The notes: a model not told the origin generated them from the sequence alone. A DNA stretch of 64,000 bases from Gammaproteobacteria bacterium (GCA_029861845.1 JAOTYM010000006.1:2710-66709), one strand, 5' to 3'; positions 45,816 to 55,809 are shown, numbered from the stretch's first letter. Numbers and translations are program-made.

Positions 45816-46703
45816 GTGGCGCAGGCAGTCTCTGGATTTTCCAACAATGACCAGCTAGGTCTGAGCTTCTTTGGCTCAGTACTGCTGCATCTGGTCATAA
45901 TACTGGGGGTGACTTTTGCCGTACCTAAGGTACGTGAGGTCTATGGATTACCCACCCTCGAAATAACCCTGGTTCAGGCGGAAAGTAAGGACGTACCGGA
46001 AGATGTCGAGTTTTTGGCGCAGGCTAACCAGGCCGGCGGTGGCACCGAGGACACCGAGGACAAGGCGCGCAATCCCATTCCGGTGCGCGAAATAGGGGAA
46101 GCGAACCTAGACGTCCCCATCATGCAACCACAGCCGCAGCCTCGAGTAACGTCGCCTAACGAATCTACGGAGCTGATGACAAAAGAAAAAGCCGCCAATG
46201 CCATCGAGCAAACAGAATCAACACCAGAGGCCACTGAACGCCAAACCGCGCCCGAGAATCTCGGGCTGGTCACGCGACCCGCTGTCGCCTTAGAGCGGGC
46301 ACGGCTAATCGCCGAAATCGACCATGGCTGGAATGCCTATCAACAACGCCCCAAGCACAAATACCTGAATGCCCGTACCCGCGAGTACAAATACGCTGCA
46401 TATATGACCGCTTGGGAGGCGAAAGTAGAGCGGGTCGGCAACCTCAACTATCCGGAAGAGGCCAGGCGACGGGGTCTATCCGGTCAGTTACGACTCGATG
46501 TGGCACTTAACCCGGATGGCTCGGTTAATACCATCGCGGTGCGTGAGTCCTCGGGTTCCACACTTTTGGACGACGCAGCTAAGCGCATTGTCCATCTCGC
46601 ATCGCCGTTTGCGCCATTCCCCAGCGATATCCGTAAGGAAACGGATGTCCTCCATATCACACGAACTTGGCGTTTCAACGAAGGCGCCCTGAGCCGATAC
46701 TAG
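45816..46703 (+). CDS. TonB-family energy transducer (TonB C-terminal domain)
   Basis: 295 aa with an N-terminal TM (LSFFGSVLLHLVIILGV) and a Pro/Glu-rich linker. The C-terminal 'YPEEARRRGLSGQLRLDVALNPDGSV...ESSGSTLLDDAA' is the TonB_C pattern. Its position matches the Pseudomonas tonB3 position next to gshB. Confidence 0.75.
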   Translation: MAQAVSGFSNNDQLGLSFFGSVLLHLVIILGVTFAVPKVREVYGLPTLEITLVQAESKDVPEDVEFLAQANQAGGGTEDTEDKARNPIPVREIGEANLDVPIMQPQPQPRVTSPNESTELMTKEKAANAIEQTESTPEATERQTAPENLGLVTRPAVALERARLIAEIDHGWNAYQQRPKHKYLNARTREYKYAAYMTAWEAKVERVGNLNYPEEARRRGLSGQLRLDVALNPDGSVNTIAVRESSGSTLLDDAAKRIVHLASPFAPFPSDIRKETDVLHITRTWRFNEGALSRY

Positions 46704-46806
46704 CCCACATTTCCCGACTTCTGTCAGGGGTTCATTGGCCGTCCCCTTGTGGATTATCGAAGCGGTCCTTGCGTGCCACGTCCGGCTGCAAGATACTACC
46801 CTGAGC

Positions 46807-47370
46807 ATGACTGATTCTACGCCGTTTTCGAATCACTTCCTGATCGCGATGCCGAGCCTCGCGGACCCTAACTTTCATCGAACTGTTACGCTAATTTGCG
46901 AACACAGTAGTGAGGGCGCGATGGGAATCGTGATCAACCGTACCACCGATCTTGCGCTTGGCGATATCTTGCAACAGATGGGAATCGACACCGATCACAC
47001 AAATCAGCGCGCGATGCCCGTGTACCTCGGCGGGCCAGTGCAGACCAATCGTGGATTCGTGCTGCACGAACCACTCGGAAGTTGGGAGTCGACATTGCCG
47101 ATCACCGACACCTTGGGCATATCAACGTCGCGTGACATTCTTGCGGCGATCGCCGACAACCGCGGGCCGGATAAGTGCTTAGTGGCGTTGGGATACGCCG
47201 GCTGGAGCGCCGGCCAACTTGAGCGCGAAATGGCCGAGAACTCTTGGCTCAATGGACCCGCCGATCGCAATATTCTCTTTAACATGCCAGTTGAACAACG
47301 CTGGCACGGCGCCGCCAAGTTGATGGGCGTAGACGTTTCCACCATTTCGGGCGACGCTGGACATGCTTAA
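46807..47370 (+). CDS. yqgE: YqgE/AlgH family protein
   Basis: The internal Met at 46807 gives 'MTDSTPFSNHFLIAMPSLADPNFHRTVTLICEHSSEGAMGIVINR', the canonical YqgE N-terminus. Confidence 0.85.
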   Translation: MTDSTPFSNHFLIAMPSLADPNFHRTVTLICEHSSEGAMGIVINRTTDLALGDILQQMGIDTDHTNQRAMPVYLGGPVQTNRGFVLHEPLGSWESTLPITDTLGISTSRDILAAIADNRGPDKCLVALGYAGWSAGQLEREMAENSWLNGPADRNILFNMPVEQRWHGAAKLMGVDVSTISGDAGHA

Positions 47371-47382
47371 CTCCAACAAGCG

Positions 47383-47832
47383 TTGGCTATGCCAGCCCTG
47401 ACCTTCCTGGCATTTGACTACGGCAAAACATCTATCGGTGTAGCGGTCGGCAGCACGCTATCCGGCCAGGCGCAGGATCTCGCCACGGTCAAGAGTGTCA
47501 GCGGTCAACCGGACTGGAAACACATCTCAACCCTTGTGCAGGAGTGGCAACCCCAAGGTTTGGTGGTAGGTCTGCCCTTGAACATGGACGACAGCGAGAG
47601 CCCCACCACAACCGCAGCGCGCGAATTTGGTAATCGCCTTGGTGACCGTTACAATTTGTCCGTACACATGGTCGACGAACGCCTGACAACCGTCGCGGCA
47701 AGGCGCAGTCTCGCGCAATCTGCAGTACCGATGAGGCGTCACAAGTCCAGACTCGACAGAGTGGCGGCACAAACCATTCTACAAACCTTTCTCGATGAGC
47801 AAACCAGGGCGGATCTTAAGCGAGAACCTTGA
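47383..47832 (+). CDS. ruvX: Holliday junction resolvase-like / pre-16S rRNA nuclease YqgF
   Basis: 'LAFDYGKTSIGVAVG' and 'GLVVGLPLNMDDSES' motifs. The start is TTG 47383 or ATG 47389. Confidence 0.88.
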   Translation: MAMPALTFLAFDYGKTSIGVAVGSTLSGQAQDLATVKSVSGQPDWKHISTLVQEWQPQGLVVGLPLNMDDSESPTTTAAREFGNRLGDRYNLSVHMVDERLTTVAARRSLAQSAVPMRRHKSRLDRVAAQTILQTFLDEQTRADLKREP

Positions 47833-48328
47833 TATAGCTCAGGCGTTGTCGCGCATGGCGGAAGAACTCCGACCTCTACTTGCGCGCGACCCCGTAATGA
47901 TCGGGATCCATACAGGTGGTGTCTGGGTTGCCCGACGACTCCATGAACTACTAAATGTGAAAGAGCCGTTGGGCACACTTGATATTTCGTTCTACCGAGA
48001 CGACTTCACACGAATCGGAATACACCCTGAGGTCAAGGCCTCAGAGTTGCCGGTGAACATCGATGAACGTCACGTGATTCTCAGCGACGATGTTCTACAC
48101 ACCGGACGTACTATTCGCGCTGCCCTCAACGAAATCTTTGATTATGGTCGTCCGGCTTCGATAACACTCGCGGTGCTCGTCGATCGAAACGGACGTGAGC
48201 TTCCAATCCAAGCCGACGTCATCGGCCATCCAGTAGGTCTAAAGAAAGGTGAGCATATCAAGTTGACCAGCGATGCGCCGGACGGGCTCGGCAGATTAAC
48301 ACTTGAAATTCAAGAGGTCGGCGGGTGA
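47795..48328 (+). CDS. pyrR: Bifunctional pyrimidine operon regulator / uracil phosphoribosyltransferase PyrR
   Basis: '[15 protein letters not shown]', 'LDISFYRDD' and '[17 protein letters not shown]' (PRPP-binding) motifs. Confidence 0.9.
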   Translation: MSKPGRILSENLDIAQALSRMAEELRPLLARDPVMIGIHTGGVWVARRLHELLNVKEPLGTLDISFYRDDFTRIGIHPEVKASELPVNIDERHVILSDDVLHTGRTIRAALNEIFDYGRPASITLAVLVDRNGRELPIQADVIGHPVGLKKGEHIKLTSDAPDGLGRLTLEIQEVGG

Positions 48329-49323
48329 CGAAAGATCTTCAATTCGATAGTCACGGATTACTACACCATTTCCTGACTATTGAAGGTTTAGGCCGGCAAA
48401 CCCTTCTTCAGATTCTGGACACGGCTGAATCGTTTGTCTCCGTCGGCGAACGCGAGATAAAAAAAGTGCCGCTGTTACGCGGTAAAACAGTCGTGAACCT
48501 ATTTTTCGAGTCAAGCACACGTACACGTACGACCTTCGAAATAGCCGCCAAGCGCCTGTCGGCTGATGTAATCAACATCGATACGACGGTTTCGGCTGCC
48601 ATCAAGGGTGAAAGCCTGCTCGATACCATTCGTAATCTGGAGGCCATGCACACAGACTTGTTTGTGGTACGCCATAGTAAGAGCGGTGCCGCGTATCTTG
48701 TAGCCCAACACGTGCCGCCACACGTGCGAATCATCAATGCCGGCGATGGTAGTCATGCGCACCCGACACAGGCGATGTTGGATATGTTCACAATCCGCCG
48801 CTACAAAGGTTCGTTTGAAAATCTCAAGGTAGCAATTGTTGGCGATATTCTGCATTCCCGTGTCGCACGCTCGCAGACGCACGCGCTAACAACGTTGGGA
48901 GTACCAGAAGTGCGAGTGATTGCCCCGCGGACCCTGCTACCAACGGCGGTAGAACGCTTAGGCGTACATCCCTATACCGATATGCGCGCCGGACTTGAAG
49001 GTGTCGACGTCATCATTATGTTGCGCTTACAACGCGAGCGCATGCGAGGCGCACGAATTCCTAGCGAACAAGAGTTCTTCAACCTTTACGGGCTCACTGC
49101 CGACAAGCTTCGTCTGGCCAATAAAGATGCAATCGTCATGCACCCGGGACCTATGAACCGTGGCCTCGAGATAGATTCGTCAGTTGCCGACGGGCCGCAG
49201 TCGGTAATTCTGCCGCAGGTCACTAACGGTATCGCGGTACGCATGGCGGTGATGGCAATCATCATGGGCGGAAAAGCCAAACAGGAAAAGTCCGAGCAGT
49301 CTTCGATCAGGAGACGTGCCTAA
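48325..49323 (+). CDS. pyrB: Aspartate carbamoyltransferase catalytic subunit
   Basis: '[13 protein letters not shown]', 'HPTQAMLD' and 'HPGPMNRG' motifs. Confidence 0.93.
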   Translation: MTKDLQFDSHGLLHHFLTIEGLGRQTLLQILDTAESFVSVGEREIKKVPLLRGKTVVNLFFESSTRTRTTFEIAAKRLSADVINIDTTVSAAIKGESLLDTIRNLEAMHTDLFVVRHSKSGAAYLVAQHVPPHVRIINAGDGSHAHPTQAMLDMFTIRRYKGSFENLKVAIVGDILHSRVARSQTHALTTLGVPEVRVIAPRTLLPTAVERLGVHPYTDMRAGLEGVDVIIMLRLQRERMRGARIPSEQEFFNLYGLTADKLRLANKDAIVMHPGPMNRGLEIDSSVADGPQSVILPQVTNGIAVRMAVMAIIMGGKAKQEKSEQSSIRRRA

Positions 49324-50618
49324 TGGGCCTTGCGATCCAAGGTGGTCGCCTCATCGATCCCGCCAATAGCGTTGATGGAAAGAAAGATATTTTTGTCAGT
49401 GATGATGGTTTCGTGGTCGCGGTCGGAAAGAAGCCTGACGATTTCGAGATCAGCAGAACCATAGACGCCACTGGCAAGGTCGTGTGCCCGGGGCTTGTCG
49501 ATCTGCGCGCCCGTATGCGCGAACCGGGGCTCGAGTACAAAGCCACAATCGAAAGTGAGGCGCGAGCTGCAGTCACGGCCGGCATCACAACGTTGTGCTG
49601 CCCACCCGATACTGACCCGGTGATCGATACGCCGGCTATGGCGCAAATGATTCAGCATCGGGCCTGGCGTTTTGAACTCGCATTTATTCATCCTTTGGGT
49701 GCACTAACGCGTGGGCTGAAAGGCGAACTGCTGACCGACATGGAGGCGCTAGACGAGGCCGGTTGTGTGGGATTTACTAATGCGCTACAGCCCATCAAAG
49801 ATACCCTGGTCATGCGCCGAGCGATGGAGTATGCGGCGAGCTTTGACCTAACCGTTTTTCTGCATTCAGAGGACCCATGGTTACACGGCAACGGCTGTGT
49901 GCATGAAGGTGAAGTCGGTACCAGGTTGGGCCTGCCCGGTATTCCTGAGGCAGCCGAAACAGTTGGCGTGGCCCGAGATCTGGCATTGATCGAACAAACC
50001 GGGGTGCAGGCCCATTTTTGTCAACTGTCGAGTAGCCGCGCGGCAGATATGGTGGCGGAGGCGCGAAGCCGCGGTTTGCTGGTCACGGCTGATGTCACGG
50101 CGCACCATCTGCATCTCACCGAGCATGATATCGGATTCTTTAACACACAATGCCATGTGCTACCTCCACTGCGAAGTTCGCGCGACCGTGAGGCCTTGCG
50201 GCAGGCGCTAAAGAGTGGCGTGGCCTCTGCTGTCTGTTCCGATCACCAGCCCCACGAACCGGATGCCAAGCTCGCCCCGTTTAGTGATTCAGCCCCGGGC
50301 ATCTCGGGCTTGGAGACGTTGTTGCCATTAACCTTAAAGCTGGTCGAGGAAAAGGTGCTGTCATTAAGCGACGCCATCGCCAGCATTACTTGTCAGCCGG
50401 CCGATATCCTTGGCATCGACACTGGGCACCTGGGCATCGATGCAACCGCTGACATCTGTATCTTCGACCCAGAGAGTTGGTGGAGCTTATCCGAGGAAAA
50501 GATCGTCAGCCGCGGCTTGAATACACCGTTCTTGGGATGGGAGTTCTGCGGTCGGGTGACGCATACCTTGGTGGGTGGACAAGTGGTGTTTGAATCAGAA
50601 AACGGGAGTAAGACCTAA
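49323..50618 (+). CDS. Dihydroorotase-like protein, probably the non-catalytic PyrC' type
   Basis: 431 aa amidohydrolase fold, but the N-terminal zinc-ligand motif 'D.HVH.R.PG' is replaced by 'DLRARMREPG' (about 49500..49530). It follows pyrB directly, as PyrC' does in Pseudomonas. Confidence 0.85.
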   Translation: MGLAIQGGRLIDPANSVDGKKDIFVSDDGFVVAVGKKPDDFEISRTIDATGKVVCPGLVDLRARMREPGLEYKATIESEARAAVTAGITTLCCPPDTDPVIDTPAMAQMIQHRAWRFELAFIHPLGALTRGLKGELLTDMEALDEAGCVGFTNALQPIKDTLVMRRAMEYAASFDLTVFLHSEDPWLHGNGCVHEGEVGTRLGLPGIPEAAETVGVARDLALIEQTGVQAHFCQLSSSRAADMVAEARSRGLLVTADVTAHHLHLTEHDIGFFNTQCHVLPPLRSSRDREALRQALKSGVASAVCSDHQPHEPDAKLAPFSDSAPGISGLETLLPLTLKLVEEKVLSLSDAIASITCQPADILGIDTGHLGIDATADICIFDPESWWSLSEEKIVSRGLNTPFLGWEFCGRVTHTLVGGQVVFESENGSKT

Positions 50619-50809
50619 AACCATTTTGTGGCGGCTTCGCCGACAATATACTAACCCGGTCTTGTCCGGTTAGGCGAGGGACTTTTGTCGCGACAAGAAA
50701 AGTACCCAAAGAAACGCTCCCCTGACGCTACGCCCCAAAGGCCGGGGTGCCCTCACTTAGATGCTGGTCTCAGCCCGTGCGCCCGCGGGGGCAAGGAGAA
50801 CCAGGTAGT

Positions 50810-52102
50810 CTAGAAAGGTATTGGCACGGTTGGTTCTAATAGGCAGTCGGGCTGATCGCCGCTGCACCGTAGGTCTGTTCTCACCGCCGATAGTTTGCCT
50901 CCCTCATCCTTATAGTTCGATCCCACCGAGTAAAGCCACTTTCGTTGTTTTGAGTACCTAATCGGTCTGGCGTCGAAGTCATCTGACGGCACATACAATA
51001 GATAAACCGGTACTAGTTCGTTAAGCGTGTTTGGCAAGGTCCCATTGCGAGAACGGTGAGCCTTGAGTCCAACTAGCGTTTGAGTGGCCGAAAAATAGAA
51101 ATTGACTAGGCACTTTCTCATAAAGTAGCTCTCATAGTTGGATGACCCGAGATAGGCAAAGGCAACACGGCCCGTTCCATTTGGTCGAAACCACTCATAC
51201 CATGGCACGTACTGCTCTTGACTAAACTGCATCTCGTTACAAGGTCGGATCGCCTGCTGACTTAGCGCCCGATATTCTTGAGCCGCGATCGACCTCGTGC
51301 GATTTGGATGTAGAAAATAGGGCATCCGTTGGATACTTACGAGAAAAGTGTCGCCAGCAACAGGATTAGCCGCCAGCATATTCTCGATCAATTGTAGCTG
51401 GGTATCATACTCGTCTTTCCAGACTCTGGAGAATGCAGAGTTCCGCGCATTCTGGTGTTCAAGTCGCTTGATAATACGGCGACCTTCTAAAGGTGTAATC
51501 TCAACACTAGCAATAATGGCTTGAATGCGGTGCAATCCGATCGTTTGGATAGCCTGGCCAATCACGTAGCCCATGAGATATGCCTTGCGTCCGCCTTGGA
51601 TAAATGAGCCAAAGTCGACAATTCTCAGGGCCTCCCGTAAGGCAGACGTTTTATCCCCCTGCGACAGGTAGTAAGCGGCTTGAAGGGAAGCCAGGCGGGC
51701 GATATGGACGTAGGGAACATAGTTAACTGTTGGCGCATAGGTGTAGGGATCTATTCTTGGAAACTCTAGCTTGTTCATGTCCATAGTCCGCCGCCACGCC
51801 GTGAGAGCTTGCTTGTTCTTATCTAGCAGTTGCTGCTTTGCTACAGTGAAGTTCTTAGGTCCTTCTCTTAGCAGCTTTCTAGTTTTGTCTACGTCGGAGT
51901 CATTCTTTTCGAGTTTTAGTTTTTCTTCGATTTTTTCTAGATAGGCATAGGCGTTTTCGCCATCTGGCAGTCCAAACGACGCAACCATCAAATCTGCATC
52001 CTCTGCCTCCGGAGCGTCCACGCTATTCGCCAGAACCCATACCGTCAGGATTACGGTTAAACCCAACAACGCAATGAGCAGTTTCTTTACAAACTTACGC
52101 AC
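50810..52102 (-). CDS. Hypothetical secreted/anchored protein (430 aa)
   Basis: N-terminal signal/anchor (KKLLIALLGLTVILTVWVLA) and a helical repeat-like body. The C-terminal 'LNELVPVYLLYVPSDDFDARPIRYSKQRKWLYSVGSNYKDEGG' is reminiscent of the GspG-type C-terminal motif. It lies in an AT-richer segment. Confidence 0.6.
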   Translation of the reverse strand: MRKFVKKLLIALLGLTVILTVWVLANSVDAPEAEDADLMVASFGLPDGENAYAYLEKIEEKLKLEKNDSDVDKTRKLLREGPKNFTVAKQQLLDKNKQALTAWRRTMDMNKLEFPRIDPYTYAPTVNYVPYVHIARLASLQAAYYLSQGDKTSALREALRIVDFGSFIQGGRKAYLMGYVIGQAIQTIGLHRIQAIIASVEITPLEGRRIIKRLEHQNARNSAFSRVWKDEYDTQLQLIENMLAANPVAGDTFLVSIQRMPYFLHPNRTRSIAAQEYRALSQQAIRPCNEMQFSQEQYVPWYEWFRPNGTGRVAFAYLGSSNYESYFMRKCLVNFYFSATQTLVGLKAHRSRNGTLPNTLNELVPVYLLYVPSDDFDARPIRYSKQRKWLYSVGSNYKDEGGKLSAVRTDLRCSGDQPDCLLEPTVPIPF

Positions 52103-52187
52103 GAATGAACATTGAGTGCAGAGCAGATGTCAAGTCTGCGCTTTCCATTCCTAGAGCTGTCTACACAGCATGGCAACGACTATTCGG

Positions 52188-52652
52188 CTATTCGCTCGCG
52201 CGCCGCCATACCGAAGAACCGCCTAGCCAAGAAAATCCGATAAAGCCGCGCACTTTTAGCTCACCGGTCTTCGTCAACCTTAGATTGCTGCGGTAGGTCT
52301 TACCGTTTCGTGGATTGTATATCCGGCCATTACGCCATATGCCATCTTCGAAAAAGAAATTGGTCATAAGCTCCAATCCTATCAAGGGACGGCCACGTAA
52401 TAAGGCATCCGGGTTGTTCCGGTCTACGCGTGGCTGGCCGGCCATATCATCAACTTCGCCCGGTTCATATTTTGGTTTCTTTAGCGCCGCGATCCGACCG
52501 AAGTAAAGCTTGCCTTTCTTGTATATTTCTATGTGAGAATCATCGCCAGCAGTAATCCAAAGGCCAATGATGTCATCCGCATCTTTGGCGAGCGTTGTCG
52601 TCGTAAAGGATATATAGAAAGCGCAAACGAATACCCAAATCAGCGTTTTCAT
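52188..52652 (-). CDS. DUF2147 domain protein (secreted)
   Basis: Internal Met at 52652 (MKTLIWVFVCAFYISFTTTTLA). 'IIGLWITAGDDSHIEIYKKGKLYFGRI' and 'GRIYNPRNGKTYRSNLRLTKTGELKVRGFIG' match the DUF2147 pattern. Confidence 0.78.
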   Translation of the reverse strand: MKTLIWVFVCAFYISFTTTTLAKDADDIIGLWITAGDDSHIEIYKKGKLYFGRIAALKKPKYEPGEVDDMAGQPRVDRNNPDALLRGRPLIGLELMTNFFFEDGIWRNGRIYNPRNGKTYRSNLRLTKTGELKVRGFIGFSWLGGSSVWRRASE

Positions 52653-52771
52653 TGCGGCACTCTCTTTGTTCAGCATTCAGCAATAAATAACTGTTTTCGA
52701 ACAGCACGATATGTCCATAGGCGCGGTAGCACCGCCGGACAAAGCCGGAGGCTCGGTCCGGCGCCGTGAAA

Positions 52772-53548
52772 CTACACGCTATCTTGGGACTGAGACGCAG
52801 TAGTAGTGCGGTGCTTGCGCTTGCTCCTTCTTAACTTACTGTGGTCTACGACAGAAAACTCGATGATCGTGCTGCCGGACCAGCCAAGCAAATAAAGTTT
52901 GCCAAAGTGCAAATTCATCGGCAGTACTTCGGTGATCACAAAATCTTCCAGCAACGACAAGTCTTCCCGCGATCTGAAGGTGCCGTAATCGTCAAACGCA
53001 ATAACCAGTGTGGCGAGTTTACCGTATGGCCTATTTGCCTTTGCTTTCGCTGCATTAGCAATTAGTTCCAATGCCTTGTTTAGCAAAATAACATGTAGCA
53101 GCGTTTCGCCGTCGTCCGCTGACTTACTTTTGTGATCTCTCCGGTCCCTTTGTGCAAATCTGCTAAATAAAAATGCGTGCTCTTCGTCTGGAAGATACAG
53201 TCTTCGCAGGTAGGCCTCATAACTGAGTATCGCACGGGTAAAAACGATGCTTCGCACTCGCAATGGCCGTTTACGATAGTCAACGATTACCGCATCGCAG
53301 TCGTCATCATTTACATTTGGCTTGCAGACAACATCTATACGGTGGTTAAACAGATGTGTTACGAGCAGGCTCAATGGATACATCTTGTCGATGAAGCATC
53401 TTGCTAGTCCCTGCCGCTCTGCCAGGTATGCCCGACCTTCCTTCGTACTCTTAAAAAGTTCGTTCTTTTCCCCGACCCATTGCACAAGTTCTGCTGGGGT
53501 TCGCTCCGTTTCACAATCGACTAAAGACAGTATCTTTGCTGGTTCCAT
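52772..53548 (-). CDS. Hypothetical cytoplasmic protein (258 aa) with a basic C-terminal tail
   Basis: No TM or signal and no family recognised. An acidic cluster 'NVNDDDCDAVIVDYRKRP' could be a nuclease-like D...D.K motif, which is speculative. The C-terminus is 'KLRRSKRKHRTTT'. Confidence 0.5.
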   Translation of the reverse strand: MEPAKILSLVDCETERTPAELVQWVGEKNELFKSTKEGRAYLAERQGLARCFIDKMYPLSLLVTHLFNHRIDVVCKPNVNDDDCDAVIVDYRKRPLRVRSIVFTRAILSYEAYLRRLYLPDEEHAFLFSRFAQRDRRDHKSKSADDGETLLHVILLNKALELIANAAKAKANRPYGKLATLVIAFDDYGTFRSREDLSLLEDFVITEVLPMNLHFGKLYLLGWSGSTIIEFSVVDHSKLRRSKRKHRTTTASQSQDSV

Positions 53549-53653
53549 AACTACTACCTACCTAACAGACTTAAAACACGCCCTATCAATACTGCGCCGA
53601 CATCCTTGCTCTGCGCTTGGTAACTGATCGCTCTACTACGCCAACGTAATTCG

Positions 53654-54892
53654 TTATTGAGTCTGCGCCTGCTGCGCCCGATAGAATTCCTTCATGGCCG
53701 CATAAACTGGGGCCATGTTGAGCTGATAAAACCCCAAACCACCCTTGCGCAGCTCGAAATGGTGGATCGAGCCAAATTCGAATTGCGCCCAGTATTCCCT
53801 ATCACGTTTGAAACGCAACGTGGGAAGTCCCACGCCGACGGCCCCAAACGTGCGATTGCTTTCAAGTACATACGCATACTTTTGCAAACCGCTCGGATCG
53901 CTAATAGCATTGATCCGCAACAGACCCGGATACAATGCAACCGCAAAGCCGGCGCCGACTAACGCGGCCAGCGTCAAACTCTCGGCCCTAGGGACTTGAG
54001 CCCTTAGGAGCCAAACGCCGACGGTAATGGTCAACAAAATACCCGTCACCGCATAGAATTCATAGAATGGGCGTTCAGCATAGATTTCTTGAATCAGAAA
54101 CGCGCCGTCGATCAGCGCGTAACTGCCGAAACCGAAGAACAAGACTAGGGCGAGCAAGGTACTTGGGTTTTCTTCCAGCGCGAACAATGTCGACACAGAA
54201 GAATGCAGGGTATCGAGATTCAGCTCGATATTTGCGCGTGCTAGATTCTGTGTGATGGGTGACAGTTGCAACAGACTTCTTATTGCCTCGGGGTCTAGCG
54301 AACGCCATTTACGAGGATCTACCGGGCCGATCGGCTCATGATCCGCAACCACCCACTGGAAGGGTGCAATTTTTCTTTGAACTAATCCCGCGTCTAACTT
54401 AAGAATAAGGAACAGTGACGACATTTTTGAGGTCTCTACCCTAGCTTGCCTGATCTGTGACCACTGCAATCTCCAGCTAGGACGGAGCGCTTGCAAAAAT
54501 TCAGGCAAGGGTGAGACATAACAAATTCCTACTTCATCAACAAGCAGGCGTTCGCGTCCACGCGCTAACAACACATAACCCGATTGCAACAATCCGAATA
54601 AACCGAAAATACCAAACAACGTGAGCTCCAACGGCTCTGCCTTCATATTCTGCCAGCTGCGTTCGAGCAGCTTTCGATAGCCCTCACCACTAACATCGAG
54701 AATATCGGGAAAAACAAAGACAATTGCGCCAATAGCAAAGATAGGGAGCGCCAGAACAGCTGCGAAGATAAATCGCGATTGCCTGTGTTGCTCTTTGGAA
54801 AGGTAATAACTGCGCTTGCGCATTACCAGCGCTTTTGTCCGAGGAGACGCCATATGCCTATGCTGCGTAGTCGGGAACGTCCATACTGCCAC
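53654..54892 (-). CDS. Hypothetical polytopic membrane protein (about 390-412 aa)
   Basis: Two pairs or blocks of TM helices are separated by soluble segments (e.g. 'FIFAAVLALPIFAIGAIVFVF', 'LFGIFGLFGLLQSGYVLLA', 'LLALVLFFGFGSYALIDGAFLI', 'VTGILLTITVGVWLL', 'LAALVGAGFAVALYPGLL'). No family recognised. The start is uncertain (alternatives 54853, 54823). Confidence 0.55.
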   Translation of the reverse strand: MAVWTFPTTQHRHMASPRTKALVMRKRSYYLSKEQHRQSRFIFAAVLALPIFAIGAIVFVFPDILDVSGEGYRKLLERSWQNMKAEPLELTLFGIFGLFGLLQSGYVLLARGRERLLVDEVGICYVSPLPEFLQALRPSWRLQWSQIRQARVETSKMSSLFLILKLDAGLVQRKIAPFQWVVADHEPIGPVDPRKWRSLDPEAIRSLLQLSPITQNLARANIELNLDTLHSSVSTLFALEENPSTLLALVLFFGFGSYALIDGAFLIQEIYAERPFYEFYAVTGILLTITVGVWLLRAQVPRAESLTLAALVGAGFAVALYPGLLRINAISDPSGLQKYAYVLESNRTFGAVGVGLPTLRFKRDREYWAQFEFGSIHHFELRKGGLGFYQLNMAPVYAAMKEFYRAQQAQTQ

Positions 54893-55010
54893 CGCTTGCG
54901 ATCACAACCACGGGCGGGTGATCCCGCCGTCTTAGGTGTGTCTAGATAATTATAGACGGCCGAAAAAAGTGGTTTAGTTTCCTATACTTGCAGGGCCGTG
55001 TGGGCGATTC

Positions 55011-55778
55011 CTAAGCACTATTCGTGCGACTAGCTCGAGCTTGTTCCAGGCCATAGTGCCTCGCCGCCAACCGTGTAACGTAGACCATTACGGCTATCGA
55101 AAAAACCAGGCTGGTTGCGACCAGCGTGTCGCGTAGCGGTACAAACTCACTGGCGCCGCCGACGACTTTTACCACATCAGTTGCCACGCACCCGAAATAA
55201 ACCGTAAGGATCCAGGCTGGGGTCATGCAACAACTAGCAAGCAGATAGGGCCAAAGCTGAACTCTTGTCATCGCCATAGCGTAGCTCATGATCGCAGGGT
55301 TAACGGGAAGTAGTCTCAATAGACAAAGCACGCGAAGACCACCCTCATCAACCACACCCTCAAGAGCCCTGAGCCTCGGGTGTGTGCTTAGCCAATTTTG
55401 TACTGGGCCATGCATAAAGCCTCTGGCAATAAAGAAAACCAGAGTCGCACAAAGTAGGCCGGAGACGCAGAGCAAAATGCTGCCCCATACAAAACCGTAA
55501 AGGCTTCCAGCTGCGATTCCGAAGATCGCCTCTGGAATGACCATTGTCATCGCAACTGTAGAAATAAGGATGAATGCAAAAATTCCCCAGTTACGATTCA
55601 CGGCAAGCCAGCGTTCGGTAGCCGCCAGCGCACTGTCCAGATTGTTGGAGTCGATGAACGCGGCAACGATCATGAGCAACAGAGCGATCACTAACACCGA
55701 CAAGAGAACCCAGGGATATCGCATCGCAAACCAACATGCAGATGGCTTCTTAGCAATGTTCACCAGCACTGAACGCAT
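55011..55778 (-). CDS. TVP38/TMEM64 (DedA-related) family membrane protein
   Basis: 255 aa, polytopic. 'LCLLRLLPVNPAIMSYAMAMTRVQLWPYLLAS' resembles the family core (from memory). Confidence 0.62.
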   Translation of the reverse strand: MRSVLVNIAKKPSACWFAMRYPWVLLSVLVIALLLMIVAAFIDSNNLDSALAATERWLAVNRNWGIFAFILISTVAMTMVIPEAIFGIAAGSLYGFVWGSILLCVSGLLCATLVFFIARGFMHGPVQNWLSTHPRLRALEGVVDEGGLRVLCLLRLLPVNPAIMSYAMAMTRVQLWPYLLASCCMTPAWILTVYFGCVATDVVKVVGGASEFVPLRDTLVATSLVFSIAVMVYVTRLAARHYGLEQARASRTNSA

Positions 55779-55809
55779 AAATACCTTCCCAACACCGGGT
55801 GTAGTTCGC

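Noticed and set aside
50651-50707. Two adjacent hairpins after pyrC', considered as a terminator or an attachment-site repeat.
   Set aside because: Neither is followed by a T-run, so they are not canonical intrinsic terminators. I found no matching copy at the other side of the AT-rich islet, so a direct-repeat/att interpretation is unsupported. I kept them only as a note under the islet finding.
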